From: Blepharisma stoltei ATCC 30299
Lineage: Eukaryota > Protista > Ciliophora
DNA length: 64,000 nt
Assembly: GCA_965603825.1 (NCBI GenBank)
Contig: CBFDEM010000010.1
Location: forward strand, 62,001-126,000
Reading direction: 5' to 3'
Shown here one piece after another: positions 47,150 to 59,455 of this stretch (within the stretch, counting starts at the first letter, position 1; every line of letters begins with the position of its first letter). The notes under the pieces were generated by a model. That model was not told where the DNA came from. It made no database searches and worked only from the letters and a program-made list of their open reading frames with translations. The translations under genes and the position numbers were made by a program.

Positions 47150-50100
47150 TTATTGAATATCACAATCAGATTCGCATTCGATAATGATAACAGCTTCTGT
47201 GTCACATGATTCATCGTTGCAAAGTGTTGCGACTTCTTCTCCATTGATTTCAACGGTAACATCGACATCGCACCCGTCACAATCCCCAGATGATCCTGAT
47301 CCTGATGTTACAACGGTGTAGCTACCATCGGTTTGAATATTAACATCGGTTGAGGTAGACCCTCCTTGTTGCTGCTGTTGTTGTTGTTCTTCTTCTTCTT
47401 CTTCAGCTGGCTGTTGCTGTTGCTCTTCTTCTGCTTGTTGTTCTCCACCAGTTGTGGTTTCTTCTTCAGAATGGGTAGTTTCCTCTGCTTGCTCTTCAGC
47501 TGCTTCTTCTTCAGCTGCTTCTTCTTCAGCTGCTTCCTCTTCAGCTGCTTCATTAGCTTCTGCTTCAGCTTGTTCTTCAGGTGTTAATTGTTCATTGATA
47601 TTGTCAATGGTTTCTTCTTCTTCAGCTTCTTGTTCGGCAACTTCTTCAGCGTTTTGCTCAGCTTCTTGTTGCTCTTCAGGGGTTTGCTCTTCAGCGACTT
47701 CTTCAATGTGTTCCTCAGAAGTTTCAGATTCTTCAACTTCTTCAGCATGTTGCTGCTCTTCTTGAGTTTGTTCCTCGACAATTTCTTCTGTTTGCTCGTT
47801 TGATTCCTCAGCAACTTCTTCTGCGTGAGTTTGCTCTTCTTCAGTTTGCTCTTCTGCAATAACTTCTTCTGTTGAAGTTTCTTCTTCAGCTGCTGCTTCC
47901 TCTTCAGCTGCTGCTTCTTCTTCAGCTGCTGCTTCTTCTTCTTCTTCAGCTGCTGCTTCTTCTTCAGCTGCTGCTTCTTCTTCTTCAGCTGCTGCTTCTT
48001 CTTCTTCAGCTGCTTCCTCTTCAGCTGCTTCATTAGCTTCTGCTTCAGCTTCAGCTTGTTCTTCAGGTGTTAATTGTTCATTGATATTGTCAATGGTTTC
48101 TTCTTCTTCAGCTTCTTGTTCGGCAACTTCTTCAGCGTTTTGCTCAGCTTCTTGTTGCTCTTCAGGGGTTTGCTCTTCAGCGACTTCTTCAATGTGTTCC
48201 TCAGAAGTTTCAGATTCTTCAACTTCTTCAGCGTGTTGCTGCTCTTCTTGAGTTTGTTCCTCGACAATTTCTTCTGTTTGTTCATTTGATTCCTCAGCAA
48301 CTTCTTCTGCGTGAGTTTGCTCTTCTTCAGTTTGCTCTTCTGCAATAACTTCTTCTGTTGAAGTTTCTTCTTCAGCAGCTTCTTCTTCAGCTGCTGCTTC
48401 CTCTTCAGCTGCTGCTTCCTCTTCAGCTGCTGCTTCCTCTTCAGCTGCTTCTTCTTCAGCTGCTTCATTAGCTTCTGCTTCAGCTTGCTCTTCTGGTGTT
48501 AATTGTTCATTGATATTGTCAATGGTTTCTTCTTCTTCAGCTTCTTGTTCGGCAACTTCTTCAGCGTTTTGCTCAGCTTCTTGTTGCTCTTCAGGGGTTT
48601 GCTCTTCAGCAACTTCTTCGATGTGCTCTCCAGAAGTTTCAGATTCTTCAACTTCTTCAGCATGTTGCTGCTCTTCTTGAGTTTGTTCCTCAACAATTTC
48701 TTCTGTTTGCTCGTTTGATTCCTCAGCAACTTCTTCTGCGTGAGTTTGCTCTTCTTCAGTTTGCTCTTCTGCAATAACTTCTTCTGTTGAAGTTTCTTCT
48801 TCAGCTGCTGCTTCCTCTTCAGCTGCTGCTTCTTCTTCAGCTGCTGCTTCCTCTTCAGCTGCTTCTTCTTCAGCTGCTTCGTTAGCTTCAGCTTCAGCTT
48901 GCTCTTCTGGTGTTAACTGTTCATTGATATTGTCAATGGTTTCTTCTTCTTCAGCTTCTTGTTCGGCAACTTCTTCAGCATTTTGCTCAGCTTCTTGTTG
49001 CTCTTCAGGAGTTTGCTCTTCAGCAACTTCTTCGATGTGTTCTTCAGAAGTTTCAGATTCTTCAACTTCTTCAGCGTGCTGCTGCTCTTCTTGAGTTTGC
49101 TCCTCAACAATTTCTTCTGTTTGTTCATTTGATTCCTCAGCAACTTCTTCTGCGTGAGTTTGCTCTTCTTCAGTTTGCTCTTCTGCAATAGCTTCTTCTG
49201 TAGAAGTTTCTTCTTCTGCTGGAGTCTCTTCTGAAGACTCTTCAGTATGACCTTCTTCTTCTTCTTCTCCTCCTACAACTTCTACAACAACATCAAGCAC
49301 AGCTTCTCCTGTTGCAATTGCTTCAGCATCTTCAAGTGAGATGCAGCTTGTGCAAACAGTGCCGGTTTCTTGATCAACTGTGACTACAAGTTCTACAGTT
49401 TCTGTTTCTGGAGCAGGTGAGATTAACATTTCTTCTGGAGCTTCCGTGGTTGTCATTTCTTCTTCATCAGGGAGAGCTTCAATTGAAACTTCAGGTTCAT
49501 ATACGTAGTCAGTGATAAGATATTCTTCTTCTGAGCTATCACTGGATTCTTCTTCAGGAGCCATTGTATACATAACTTCAGGCTCATATACGTAGTCAGT
49601 GACTAAGTATTCTTCTGAGCTCTCACTAGACTCTTCTTCGGATGTTTCTTCAGGAGCAGCTTCTATTGTAGCTTCAGGCTCATATACATAATAAGTGTAT
49701 GCATATTCTTCCTCTAAGCTATCACTGGATTCTTCTTCGGTAGTTTCTTCAGGAGCAGCATCCAATGTATAATACATAATTTCAGGCTCATATACATAAT
49801 CAGTGATTAAATATTCTTCTTCTTTGCTATCACTGGATTCTTCTTCGGTAGTTTCTTCAGGAGCAGCTGTAGTGCTTTCTTCTGATTCATCAGATACATA
49901 GTAATAGTCTAATGTTGCATATTCATAAGTTGCTTCTTCACTGGATTCTCCAGTGGTTTCAGATTTAGATACTTCATTAGTTGATTCACTTGCTTCAGAT
50001 GTAGTCACTGATTCTTGACTGGTAGATTCTTCTACAGTTGACTCACTTTCTTCAGATGCGCTCATTGTAGAAGATTCTTCCTCTACGGTTGTTGATGATT

Positions 50101-50197
50101 CACTTGATGATGGTTCCATCAAATCTTGCTTAGCTGTTGAGCCTAAGCCTAAGCTTAAAGAGACAAGCATGAAGAGTAGAATAACTTTTCTTCCCAT
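47150..50197 (-). CDS. Secreted highly acidic tandem-repeat protein
   Basis: Signal peptide MGRKVILLFMLVSLSLG, Tyr-rich YVYEPE repeats, four long Glu/Gln/Ala repeats, Cys-containing C-terminus. Confidence 0.88.
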   Translation of the reverse strand: MGRKVILLFMLVSLSLGLGSTAKQDLMEPSSSESSTTVEEESSTMSASEESESTVEESTSQESVTTSEASESTNEVSKSETTGESSEEATYEYATLDYYYVSDESEESTTAAPEETTEEESSDSKEEEYLITDYVYEPEIMYYTLDAAPEETTEEESSDSLEEEYAYTYYVYEPEATIEAAPEETSEEESSESSEEYLVTDYVYEPEVMYTMAPEEESSDSSEEEYLITDYVYEPEVSIEALPDEEEMTTTEAPEEMLISPAPETETVELVVTVDQETGTVCTSCISLEDAEAIATGEAVLDVVVEVVGGEEEEEGHTEESSEETPAEEETSTEEAIAEEQTEEEQTHAEEVAEESNEQTEEIVEEQTQEEQQHAEEVEESETSEEHIEEVAEEQTPEEQQEAEQNAEEVAEQEAEEEETIDNINEQLTPEEQAEAEANEAAEEEAAEEEAAAEEEAAAEEEAAAEEETSTEEVIAEEQTEEEQTHAEEVAEESNEQTEEIVEEQTQEEQQHAEEVEESETSGEHIEEVAEEQTPEEQQEAEQNAEEVAEQEAEEEETIDNINEQLTPEEQAEAEANEAAEEEAAEEEAAAEEEAAAEEEAAAEEEAAEEETSTEEVIAEEQTEEEQTHAEEVAEESNEQTEEIVEEQTQEEQQHAEEVEESETSEEHIEEVAEEQTPEEQQEAEQNAEEVAEQEAEEEETIDNINEQLTPEEQAEAEAEANEAAEEEAAEEEEAAAEEEEAAAEEEAAAEEEEEAAAEEEAAAEEEAAAEEETSTEEVIAEEQTEEEQTHAEEVAEESNEQTEEIVEEQTQEEQQHAEEVEESETSEEHIEEVAEEQTPEEQQEAEQNAEEVAEQEAEEEETIDNINEQLTPEEQAEAEANEAAEEEAAEEEAAEEEAAEEQAEETTHSEEETTTGGEQQAEEEQQQQPAEEEEEEQQQQQQQGGSTSTDVNIQTDGSYTVVTSGSGSSGDCDGCDVDVTVEINGEEVATLCNDESCDTEAVIIIECESDCDIQ
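47490..49215 (-). repeat. Four near-identical coding tandem repeats (periods 414, 429 and 486 bp)
   Basis: Anchor gaagtttc at 49203, 48789, 48360 and 47874. Length differences lie mostly in the EEEAAA spacer. Confidence 0.92.
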
Positions 50198-50239
50198 GAA
50201 TTTTATAACTGAGAAATACACTATACGTTTTATCCTTGA

Positions 50240-50314
50240 AAAAATGGCGGAATTAGCCGTTTTCCAATAAGAGAGTTCAATTTTTTTGTATTATTCTATT
50301 TTCTTGAGTGCTTT
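50240..50314 (-). promoter_or_regulatory. Putative upstream element (AAAGCACTC; imperfect palindrome AAAATGGC-GGAATTA-GCCGTTTT)
   Basis: Counterpart of the element at 31363-31428. Confidence 0.45.
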
Positions 50315-51311
50315 TAAAGTTATCTTTTCACTAGATGAGCACAAAGGCTACCAGAATCTTGCCTATAAAGAAAAAAATTATCCTTCTTTAAGTTTCATGA
50401 TTATATTTCCAAATTAAAGGCTATAATTTATTTTAATGGTATTTGCATTATTTACAAGTTTTGACACGCTAAACTTTCTAATCTTCATGATTTCTAGATA
50501 GAAAAATGTCTTTAATTAATTTAATTAATCAAAATGAATTTTGCAATACTGGGATGAAAAAAACTTTTTATGACAGGAATTTTGCTTCAAAAAATGTGTG
50601 GTTTCTTATATTAAAAAGTAAAAGTGATTTGGCTGCTTTTATTTAGCAAATAATTTTAGCTTGAAGATAAAAACTTGAGGAAAAGTTTTGCAAGTAGGTA
50701 AGTTCTAATATAATGCTTAAATTATATAGATTTGGGATATTTAAAAAACGCATCCTTGGCTGTTTTTCTTGCTTTGGATAATTGATGTGGAATCGTGAAA
50801 TAGTTTTCGTAACTTTGCTAAGAAGAGATATAGGATCATTCATAAATTTCGAAGTATATGATTTTGATAAAATTTTGAAGTAACTCGTGTATTGGTTTAT
50901 ATCTAATTAAGGGCTTTAACTAATATTCATATTGACTTTATAATGCCTCAATCTTCTCTAAAGCAGATATTTCGAGGCACCTATTAAAGACCCACATGAT
51001 ATAAAAGGTAATCTAATTATAAGCTTAGTCATAGGTATTTCTTTTATTAGTTATATTTAACCCAACTAATAATAAGATTTAGACCCCGTATTCAAAAAAT
51101 AAGAGTATTCTACTTTTATGAACAAAGTCTAGAATAGCTTTGATAATCGCAAGGATAAATACTTATAAATCTAAATTGCTTTGCATTAGCTATTTCCATA
51201 AAAGTGATACCAATATTATTAATAAGATTATAAAAATTCTAGAGAAGACCCTATTTTTATCTTATGAAAAATAATTTTTTTATATGACATTTATTTTAAT
51301 AAAAGCAATTA

Positions 51312-54300
51312 TTAAGGGTCTTGCTCGTTTAATATTTCCATCACTCTTTGAGAAAAATTGCCTTCGCTTCCTTCAAAAATCTCATTACCTATCACTTCAT
51401 ACAGTTTTTTGATTAGTTTTTTGTTTTCAACCTTTACGTCTTCTTTAGGATCATCCATTAGTTTCAATCCTAGCGGCGCTATATATTTAATTAATATTTC
51501 TGGTCTTATTTTATGTGTACTCGGTATTGCTTCAATAATGAAATTTATCATTGCCACTTTTGCCCTCGGATTCCCGCTAGAAATCTGATTAGCTAAAGGC
51601 AGAATTATAGCATAGTGCTCACAATTCTTAAAAATCAAGTTCACGGCATCCTTTGCAATTTCTCTAATAGAGCTATTCGCAGACCCAAGTGCTGCAATCA
51701 ACGACTGCATAATTATTTCTAAGTGAGGCTCCAAAATTCTTTTCAAGCTCGGAATTATTTTGATCAGGGCATTTAATGAATGTATTTGAACCTTTAGATT
51801 CTGATCACACAATCCTTTAGATAAGATTCCCACAATACTCGTTAAATTATATATATTTGCAGTCATAAACTCTAATAGATCAGGGATCTTCCCTATAGCA
51901 TCATATCTTGATTTTCATTCTTTTTGGTTTATTTCTTCTGAGAGTCTGAGAATCTCTATTGGGGTGTCAGGCTCTGAAATTTCATTTTCAATTTGATAAA
52001 TTTCTTGTGGAATCGAAGGGGTAATGACTTCTAGCTCAGAATTCGTTTTAAATTCGCCTTGAGTTTTTCTCTTGGTAAACGGTGACTCAGCCCTATCTCG
52101 AGCTTTTCCAGGCTCTTTAAGTTTTTTTTGAATATTTTCAGATAAGCTTCTGGATAAAATCTTTTCTCTTTCGACTTGGCTTGGAACTGATAATTCAAAA
52201 CTTGTAAAGGCTCGCCTAGCTGAGTCTCTTACATCTGGAGATGCATCTACAATTAAATTCCCAAGAGCTTGGACTATTTTATCAATATCTCTCATTCTGA
52301 TCAATGAGCTTTTGGCTTTTTCAAAAATATATCCAAAGCATAAAGCAATCGTAGCTCTTTCTATTGGATTTTTAGCAGTTTGTAGCTTTAATAATAAAGC
52401 TTGTGATAATTTATTTTCATTTGAAAATTTACACATCAAAAATATCGAATTTTGCGCCTGTTCTGACAAAAATGAATTTGTATCAAGTGCTTTTTTAAAT
52501 AGGATTTTAAGAAGTTCTGGCAGTTCATTATCCATATTTTTGCCAAGAAATTCACACATTTCTCCTAATACAATTAGCCCATTTTTTGACAAAGAGGATC
52601 TTAGCGATTCTGCTAGCTTTATAACTTCTAGAAATACATTATGAAGCGTTACTTGGCTGAGAAAGAGCTCTGGGTTGTATTTTATTATTGATCTAAGTTT
52701 CGTTAAACCTTCAAATTGTGAAGATCAATCATCGGTTCTTGTTGACATCGAAAATTCTTTTAATGCATTTTCCGGGTCTGCGAGGGGCTCAATGTCTTCA
52801 TGAGCAGAATAACTCATATCTGAATTTCCAAAATCTTTTATAATAAACCCTCTTGTTTTAAGTAAAAGAGGTGACGATCTTGAAGCACTATTTATTTCTT
52901 CACTCTGAGAATTCTCTCGTTTATGGGCTCTTAATGGCTTTATTGGGGAGACATCAAAATTCGCTCTCAAATTTTGCCTTTCAGGAAAATTTAATTTTAC
53001 AGGCTTTATTTGAGTTTCAGGCATTGTATTAAAAATTTTTCTCGGGTTCTTTTTGGCATGGAAGGAGTCATCAAAGCTGACAGTATTCGAAATATTTGGC
53101 AATCTTTCATCTATTTCAGAGCTAGATCTCAACCTTTTAATGCTTTGATTTGAAATCCTTGGTATTTCTCTGGGAATTAACGGTGAGTGTATATCGCTTT
53201 CGAAAATTCGTTGGCTTGCAGGAACTTGCTTAAATTCTGAATGCCTCAAGTAAGGACTAGAAATTAAAGGTGCAGAACTAGGAACGGTTCTTGGATATTC
53301 TATATAGTCATCCCTTACTATTGGTAAAGCTTTATGTTTATATCTCTTATGTAATGAATCAAGTGCGATATTATCTACGATTGGCTCTAAATGGCTATCA
53401 ATTTCATCAATTCCGTATTTTTGGGCTAAAACCGCAAAAACTTCCATTGTGACAAAGCGGATTTTTGTTTTAGGGTCATCTAAAAGTTTTGCTAGAGGTT
53501 GAATTATTGATAAAAAATCATAGTCATAGTTTTCTTTTGCTAATAAAATTGATGCAATAATAACGTTTAAAGTTTCATGGCGCACATGCCAATTATTACT
53601 GCCTAACGCATCAATCAGCTGAGGAAACAGCACACGGGGTTTGATCTCTTTAGTTAAGGCTTTGAAAACTTTAAAAGCACCTTGACGAATCGCAATTTTG
53701 TTGTCGCCAAGCTTTTTTATGCAGCTTGGGATTATTTGGGATGTATTTGCATGCTGTGAAATTCCTGGAATTGAGACTATATAATAAATAATTGTTAAAG
53801 CGGAAAGCATCACCTTAAAATTTGAGTCTTCTAATAAATTATTCAAAAATCGAAAAAATACTGCAATGTAAGGATAAACGTCTGAATAGTTCTGCAAAGA
53901 ACTAACTAAATTTTCAATTTCATGAATCGCGTTGACTCTTGCTCTCCAATTTTCTGTATCTTCGAGCTGAGCAATTAAATTAGGTGGAATAAATCCATAT
54001 ATTAAGCCATTTTTGGTACTTTCTTTTAAAAAATTGGAACTATTGGCGCTTGTAAGTGAATTCGTAATCGAAGAAATCGTAAAATTACTAAACGCATATG
54101 TACTTGTACGTTTCTCTGGACGTTCTAGTATTGATTTTATAGGAGAAATCGATGATCTATGCATAGCTGGGTCATTACTTATAACTTCTCCACATTTTTC
54201 TCTATAAACTTGCTGAACCCCATGCGAAAGTTTCGAAAAAACATTTGGAAAGTCAAAAATAATTTTTTTCAATTCCTTACAAATTTCTGCAGAAGTTTCT

Positions 54301-54851
54301 GCAACAATTGACGATGAGTCTTTTAACAGCGAAATTATTTTTTCAAATAACTTTTTCATTTCGGGTATATTTGCAGTGTAGCTTAAATCTAATCTTAGTA
54401 GTAGAGGAATATACTGTAAGGTTTGGTTTTTTAGTTTCCAATCATCATGGCTTAACCCATGCCTAATTATATAGCTCATAGTTGTTTCTAAATTCCTGGT
54501 TGTTGTCGCATAAGTGCATATTACTTTAAAAGCAAGCTTTGATATTCCAGGTCGTTGATCATGGAACAGCAAAATCAATCCAGGAAAAAGAGTAGCGAAA
54601 TTTGATTCTAAATCAGGCCCAAATTCCTATATGAAAAATACTGGAATCATGATATCAATTAATTGAAGAACTTGCTGGGTGATTAAAGGATCATCATCTG
54701 ATAATCTGTCTTTTAAGATCGAAAAGAATCTTGTGGGGTTTGGAACTAAAAAAGCTACATTAGTTTTGGTTGACTCGTTTAGGAGTTGATTCAGAGCACT
54801 TTTGCGGTGGTTTAATATAGGGCTTGCAAGAAATTCTACGATTGCATCCAT
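51312..54851 (-). CDS. TOGARAM1: TOG-array ciliary microtubule regulator (crescerin/FAM179 family)
   Basis: Multiple HEAT/TOG domains (NWRARVNAI, DSNFKV, LGDNKIAIR, SLRSSLSKNG). TGA at 52725 and 51915; intron 54627-54641. Confidence 0.8.
54627..54641 (-). other. 15-nt intron
   Basis: gtatttttcatatag removes the TAG. Confidence 0.88.
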
Positions 54852-55687
54852 TTAAGGTAATTTCCAATAATTAAGTAATTCAAAAGATCAAAGGAGTTAA
54901 TAATAAATAATTTAATTCTTATAATAAGAGTCTTTGAATCTTTATACAATAGGTCACATTTTCATACTTTCTTATAATAGCCATATTCTGCCAAAATGGG
55001 TAGAAGTAAGTGCCAGAAGTAGGAAAGGTTTTTCTGGATGCTTGCAGGAGTTTAAACCTTATTGACAATTATTTGAGAAAGCCATGCTATAAAATAGAAC
55101 AGTGAAATAGATCAATTGCTAATTGATTACATCAGCTGCACATTATAGTTATCAAATTAAACGAACAATAGAACTAAAGGAAGATAGCGGTCTAGTTTAA
55201 ATTTAGCTGAAATGAGTTTCCTTTCATCAAGATTCATTTTCATAATGCTTAGTTTAGATTTTCTGTGCGAAAATTAAAAAATAAAATTATATTTTTATTA
55301 CTTAAATCAAAATAGTTTTAAAAATATAATTTTTATATACATTCAAATGCAAAAATTTTAAATTATAATTTATATAAATGGAAAATTATTGATTTGAGGC
55401 TTTTTAAGATTGCTTAAGCTAATATAAAACTCATCAATTGCGCATCTTTAGTCATTTTGCCTCATTCCATTTAAATTTTCTTTTAAGGAGTATTTATTAT
55501 TTTTATAGAGCTCCTTATTTAATTAATTCAGAATATTATCATCTTTATTATATTTTTTCTTATTTCTTTCATATTCATCTCTAAATAAATATTTTTCCAA
55601 AAAATTGCCTAAAAGCATATGGCTTTTTTAAACTCACTTTTAAAAGTATCTTAAATAAAAAATCCCATAATTCTTTATAATAATTTA

Positions 55688-56794
55688 ATGGAAAACGAAG
55701 GCGGTACATGCGGTATTTCCTAGCCAGGCATTTGTTTCGAAAAAGTCCTAAGCTCAGGCAAAATCAATTCTTGCTCTCATCACTTTCATTTCAAATGCAT
55801 TCTCAGATGGTCAAAAATTTCCAATCATTGTCCAACATGCAGGGAGCCATTCCGAGAGATAAAGTATTACAAAGGCACTAAATTCGTCAAAAAGGTACTG
55901 GTCAGAGCCCGATCAAATGCCGATGATAGTTTTTCAGAAAACGAATACAGCGATGGAGATTATGGGGTCGTATGCCTAATTTGTGGTATCAATGAAAGAG
56001 AAGAAGAATTAATTATGTGCGATGGGCTAGAAGGAGAATGTGATAAAGTCTACCATTTCTCTTGCTTGGGTCTTCCAGAAAAGCCGAGAACTTGGCTTTG
56101 CCCAGAATGCCAATCAATGGAAGAAGAAAAAGCTGGCTATGACTCTGGAAGCGTCTGCTCGTCAGAAGACTTCGAAGAAGAGCCAGAATATGAAGAAAGT
56201 GAAGAGCTTTCAAGCTCAAGCGCCTCTGAAGAAGAACAGGTCGAATCAGAAACTAGTGAAAGCGCCGAAGAATATGAAGAAGATTTAGTAAGTGACCCAG
56301 ACGCTGAATATGAGCCTCAAAGCGACCATGAAGAAGAAGTCTTAAAAAACAGGTTTATAGAGACCATGAACTCAAATGAAAGGAAAAAGTTCATCAAAGA
56401 GTTCCTTAAGCCAGATTACTCTGGAGAAGACTCACAAGAAGAAGCATGGATGATCTTTGGAAGCATGCCCAAAAAGCGGCAGAGAGAAAGCCCAAATCAT
56501 GCTTCGGTCCCGAGGAAAAGACTGAGGAAACTAAACACAAAAGAAAACGAAGTCGCAATTACCCAACCTTGCAGTCCTGAATTGAAGAGTTTTGTAGAGA
56601 AACTTGTAAATACAGAAATGGATGAGTTTCTTATGAGCGCAAAACAAGAAAACGCGATAAATGAAAATACAATAAAACGCCGAATTATTAAATTGATACT
56701 GGACAACCCACGCTTGAGAAGCTATACAGACATGAGAACTGTGCAAAAGATGAAAGCTCTTGTAAAGAATCATGCTGTAGGCTTGTTTAGTTAA
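55688..56794 (+). CDS. RING finger + PHD finger protein (PHRF1-like architecture)
   Basis: CGICFE...CSHHFHFKCILRWSKISNHCPTCR after removing intron 55713-55727, then CLICG...MCDG...C..VYHFSCLG...WLCPEC. Confidence 0.88.
55713..55727 (+). other. 15-nt intron
   Basis: gtatttcctagccag; removal restores the RING CxxC. Confidence 0.9.
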
Positions 56795-56954
56795 GAATAT
56801 TCTATTTTAAATATAAATTATAATAATCTGGCTTTAAAAATTGTATATAGCTTTTTTGAGTTAATAACAGAATTATCGAAAAAAATTAAGGTTGCTGACC
56901 CTTTTAATTTAAATATAAAGGGCAACTATTCAAATATAGATCATTAGATTTTAA

Positions 56955-59432
56955 TTATTCTTTTTTTGTAATTTCAACTGGCTTCCAATATGCAATGAGT
57001 CCTATGAGACATATTACATAAACAAACCCAGTTGTAACAATATCAAATAAATACTTAGGAGCGAAAATAGGCCAAACCATCAAATGCCTTCTATTGATAG
57101 CTGTGTTTAGTGTCGTCAAAAGCATTGTAACTAGAAAATAGGCTGCTATATATGCTATTGTCTGAAAGGAATTGACTTTTCGTAGCAAAAATACTGAAAA
57201 GATACACAAAAAGCTTCCTAATGTGTTTAGAGTTAACAAAGCTCCTGACACATAAATATTGAATATCTCAAAACCTGTGAATGCTGATGCAATTTGCAAA
57301 GAAGGAAAGTTGCAGCGATGACCTGTTGCATAAAAGTACTGTGAAGCTGTAAAAGATAAAAAAAGACTTACTAGTGCTGGATTGTTATTTGGGTTTGATT
57401 TATAAAACGCGTATATTTGTATATAAAATGTGAGCATTACTATTGGTGAAGAGTATCCCAAAATCAAAATCAGACTTGGAGTGAGTCCACAAATTAGTTT
57501 TAATGGATCAGTTGTTATTATACTAATCCCACACAATATATAGCTAAGTCTTGGCAGATAGCTTTTTATAAGAATTGATGGGTCAGGACTAATCAAATTA
57601 AAATCTTGCAAAAATCAATAGTAAAGTACAGCAAATAAATTAGCTTCGGTTAAAATCATGCTTATTTTTTTCTCTTTTAACAAAGACCAAAATAGATAAA
57701 AGAAAAGAAAAATTGGGATATAAACCATAAACAGAGGGTTCATAATGATATGATCAAAAATCGTGAATTTCATGCTCTATATGGAATTTACCTCTTTTTG
57801 AGAAACAATATCTAGAGCAGCAGAAAACCTTATACATACTGCACAAATTGCCAATCACTGTTTATTAGATGACTTCTCATTTGAAAAATAAAGTAAAAAT
57901 ATTTGCAATAAGAATCGAAGAACTTGGTCTTCTTTGACAATATAAGAATTAGAAAATAAGCAATAGCCATGGAGGCATTGGAATAAAAATATTAGCCAAA
58001 ATTCTTTACTTGGCCTTTTCCAAATTTTGATGTGCGTAGCAAGGTAGCCTAAAAACAAAGCTGCCATAATAATTGGATGAATAAAGCAGCTTAAACTTGA
58101 TATAGTTATAATAATCTCTATTCTATGCATATCAACATCTTGCGTAACTAATAAAATTATGCAAATGAATGACAAACTAATAATAAAACCTCCAGTTGCC
58201 ATATACCAAATATCAAATTCAGTTCATATCATCCTACACATCCCAGCAGCGTTATTTATAAATGTGAGAAAGTCGCTAACATTAACTTGCTTTTGGCTTT
58301 TAAAGTTAAAATCCAAAATCTCGAAATCATGCAGCAAGTTTTCATAGTACGGCTCTGGCAATTTCTTTATTTTTGTATCATAAATACTCAAGTAATTATT
58401 TATTTGTCAAGAATTGATATAGAGTGCATCTACTATACTTTTGCCATTTAAAAATAGCTCAGGGATAATAGCGCCTAAATTATTAAAAGGAATCCCAATT
58501 CCCAATAATATACTTAGTGTCGGAACAATATCAATTTGGTTCAGCGTGTTTCTAGGACCAATAGGAAGATCATGTGATCTATAATAAAATGGCTTTTTCG
58601 AGTATGCAAAAAGTGCTGAATTTGTCTCTTTTCTTGACGTGCCTCCATGATTTCCATCATCAGTCATTCCATGGTCTCCAAAAACTAGCAATAAAGTATC
58701 CTCATCAATATTTTTTATGATTTTCCTAATAAACTCATCAACTTGTTTCAATTTTTGCACCATAGTAGGATGATTTGCATAATAAGTATGTCCAACATGG
58801 TCTACTCCCAGCATATGTCCAATTATGAGCGTTCAATCATCATTGTTAAGTTCTTCTAGCAGATGCTTAATAACTCCTTGATCAACTGTATGCAAGTCTT
58901 TGACATTAAAGCTATCAAATGGAAATTCTCTGTGAAAAGCTTTAGGATAAAGCCCAATTCATGTGTCATCTCCCATGAAAATTGATGTTTTATTCTGCAG
59001 CTGAATTTGGGTTAGCAGATTATCCTCATCTACATTATTGCTGTGGAAATTATCTCTAAAATCAATAAAAGTTGGCAAAGACCCAGTCGTGATCCCTTTG
59101 ATCCTTTGCATTGTCACAGTAGGCGGATCAGCAACAAACTCAAAGAGCCAGCTGTTGTTTCTCTGAGATTCCAAAGTATCTTCAAAAACGGTCAGCTGAT
59201 TAGCGTAATTTGTAGTGACATTTGACTTATAGGCAAAGTCATACCTTAGCGCATCTACTAATAAAAGGACTGCTCTTTTAAATTGCGGGGCTGGCTGCAA
59301 GTGATGTTTTGCTGATTTTTCTTTTATTTCATACCTAGTAAGGAAAAATCCCAAGCTGTAATAATAGCAGCCAACTGCAGAAATAAGGCAAATAAATGCC
59401 AAAGCAGCAATACTTTTACATTTACCTTCCAT
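56955..59432 (-). CDS. PIGO: GPI ethanolamine phosphate transferase 3
   Basis: GFFLTR, VDALRYDF, ADPPTVTMQRIKGITTGSLPTF, GDDT-W, LGVDHVGH, GDHGMT..GNHGG, RRHLMVWPIFAPK. Several TGA; intron 57777-57791. Confidence 0.93.
57777..57791 (-). other. 15-nt intron
   Basis: gtaaattccatatag removes the TAG. Confidence 0.88.
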
Positions 59433-59455
59433 TATTATGAAGTAATTACTAGAAT

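Noticed and set aside
47308-49188. Lys/Gln-rich and Phe/Leu-rich alternative-frame ORFs (also 33027-33716 and 14004-14761)
   Set aside because: Shadows of GAA-rich repeats in the real genes.
5366-54851. Cluster of ciliary genes (CFAP77, JHY-like, TMEM67, TOGARAM1)
   Set aside because: Dispersed across the window and expected at this density in a ciliate.
54900-55680. Possible ncRNA in long intergenic regions (also 21370-22550 and 50320-51300)
   Set aside because: No tRNA, snRNA or snoRNA hallmarks and no convincing ORF recognised by eye.
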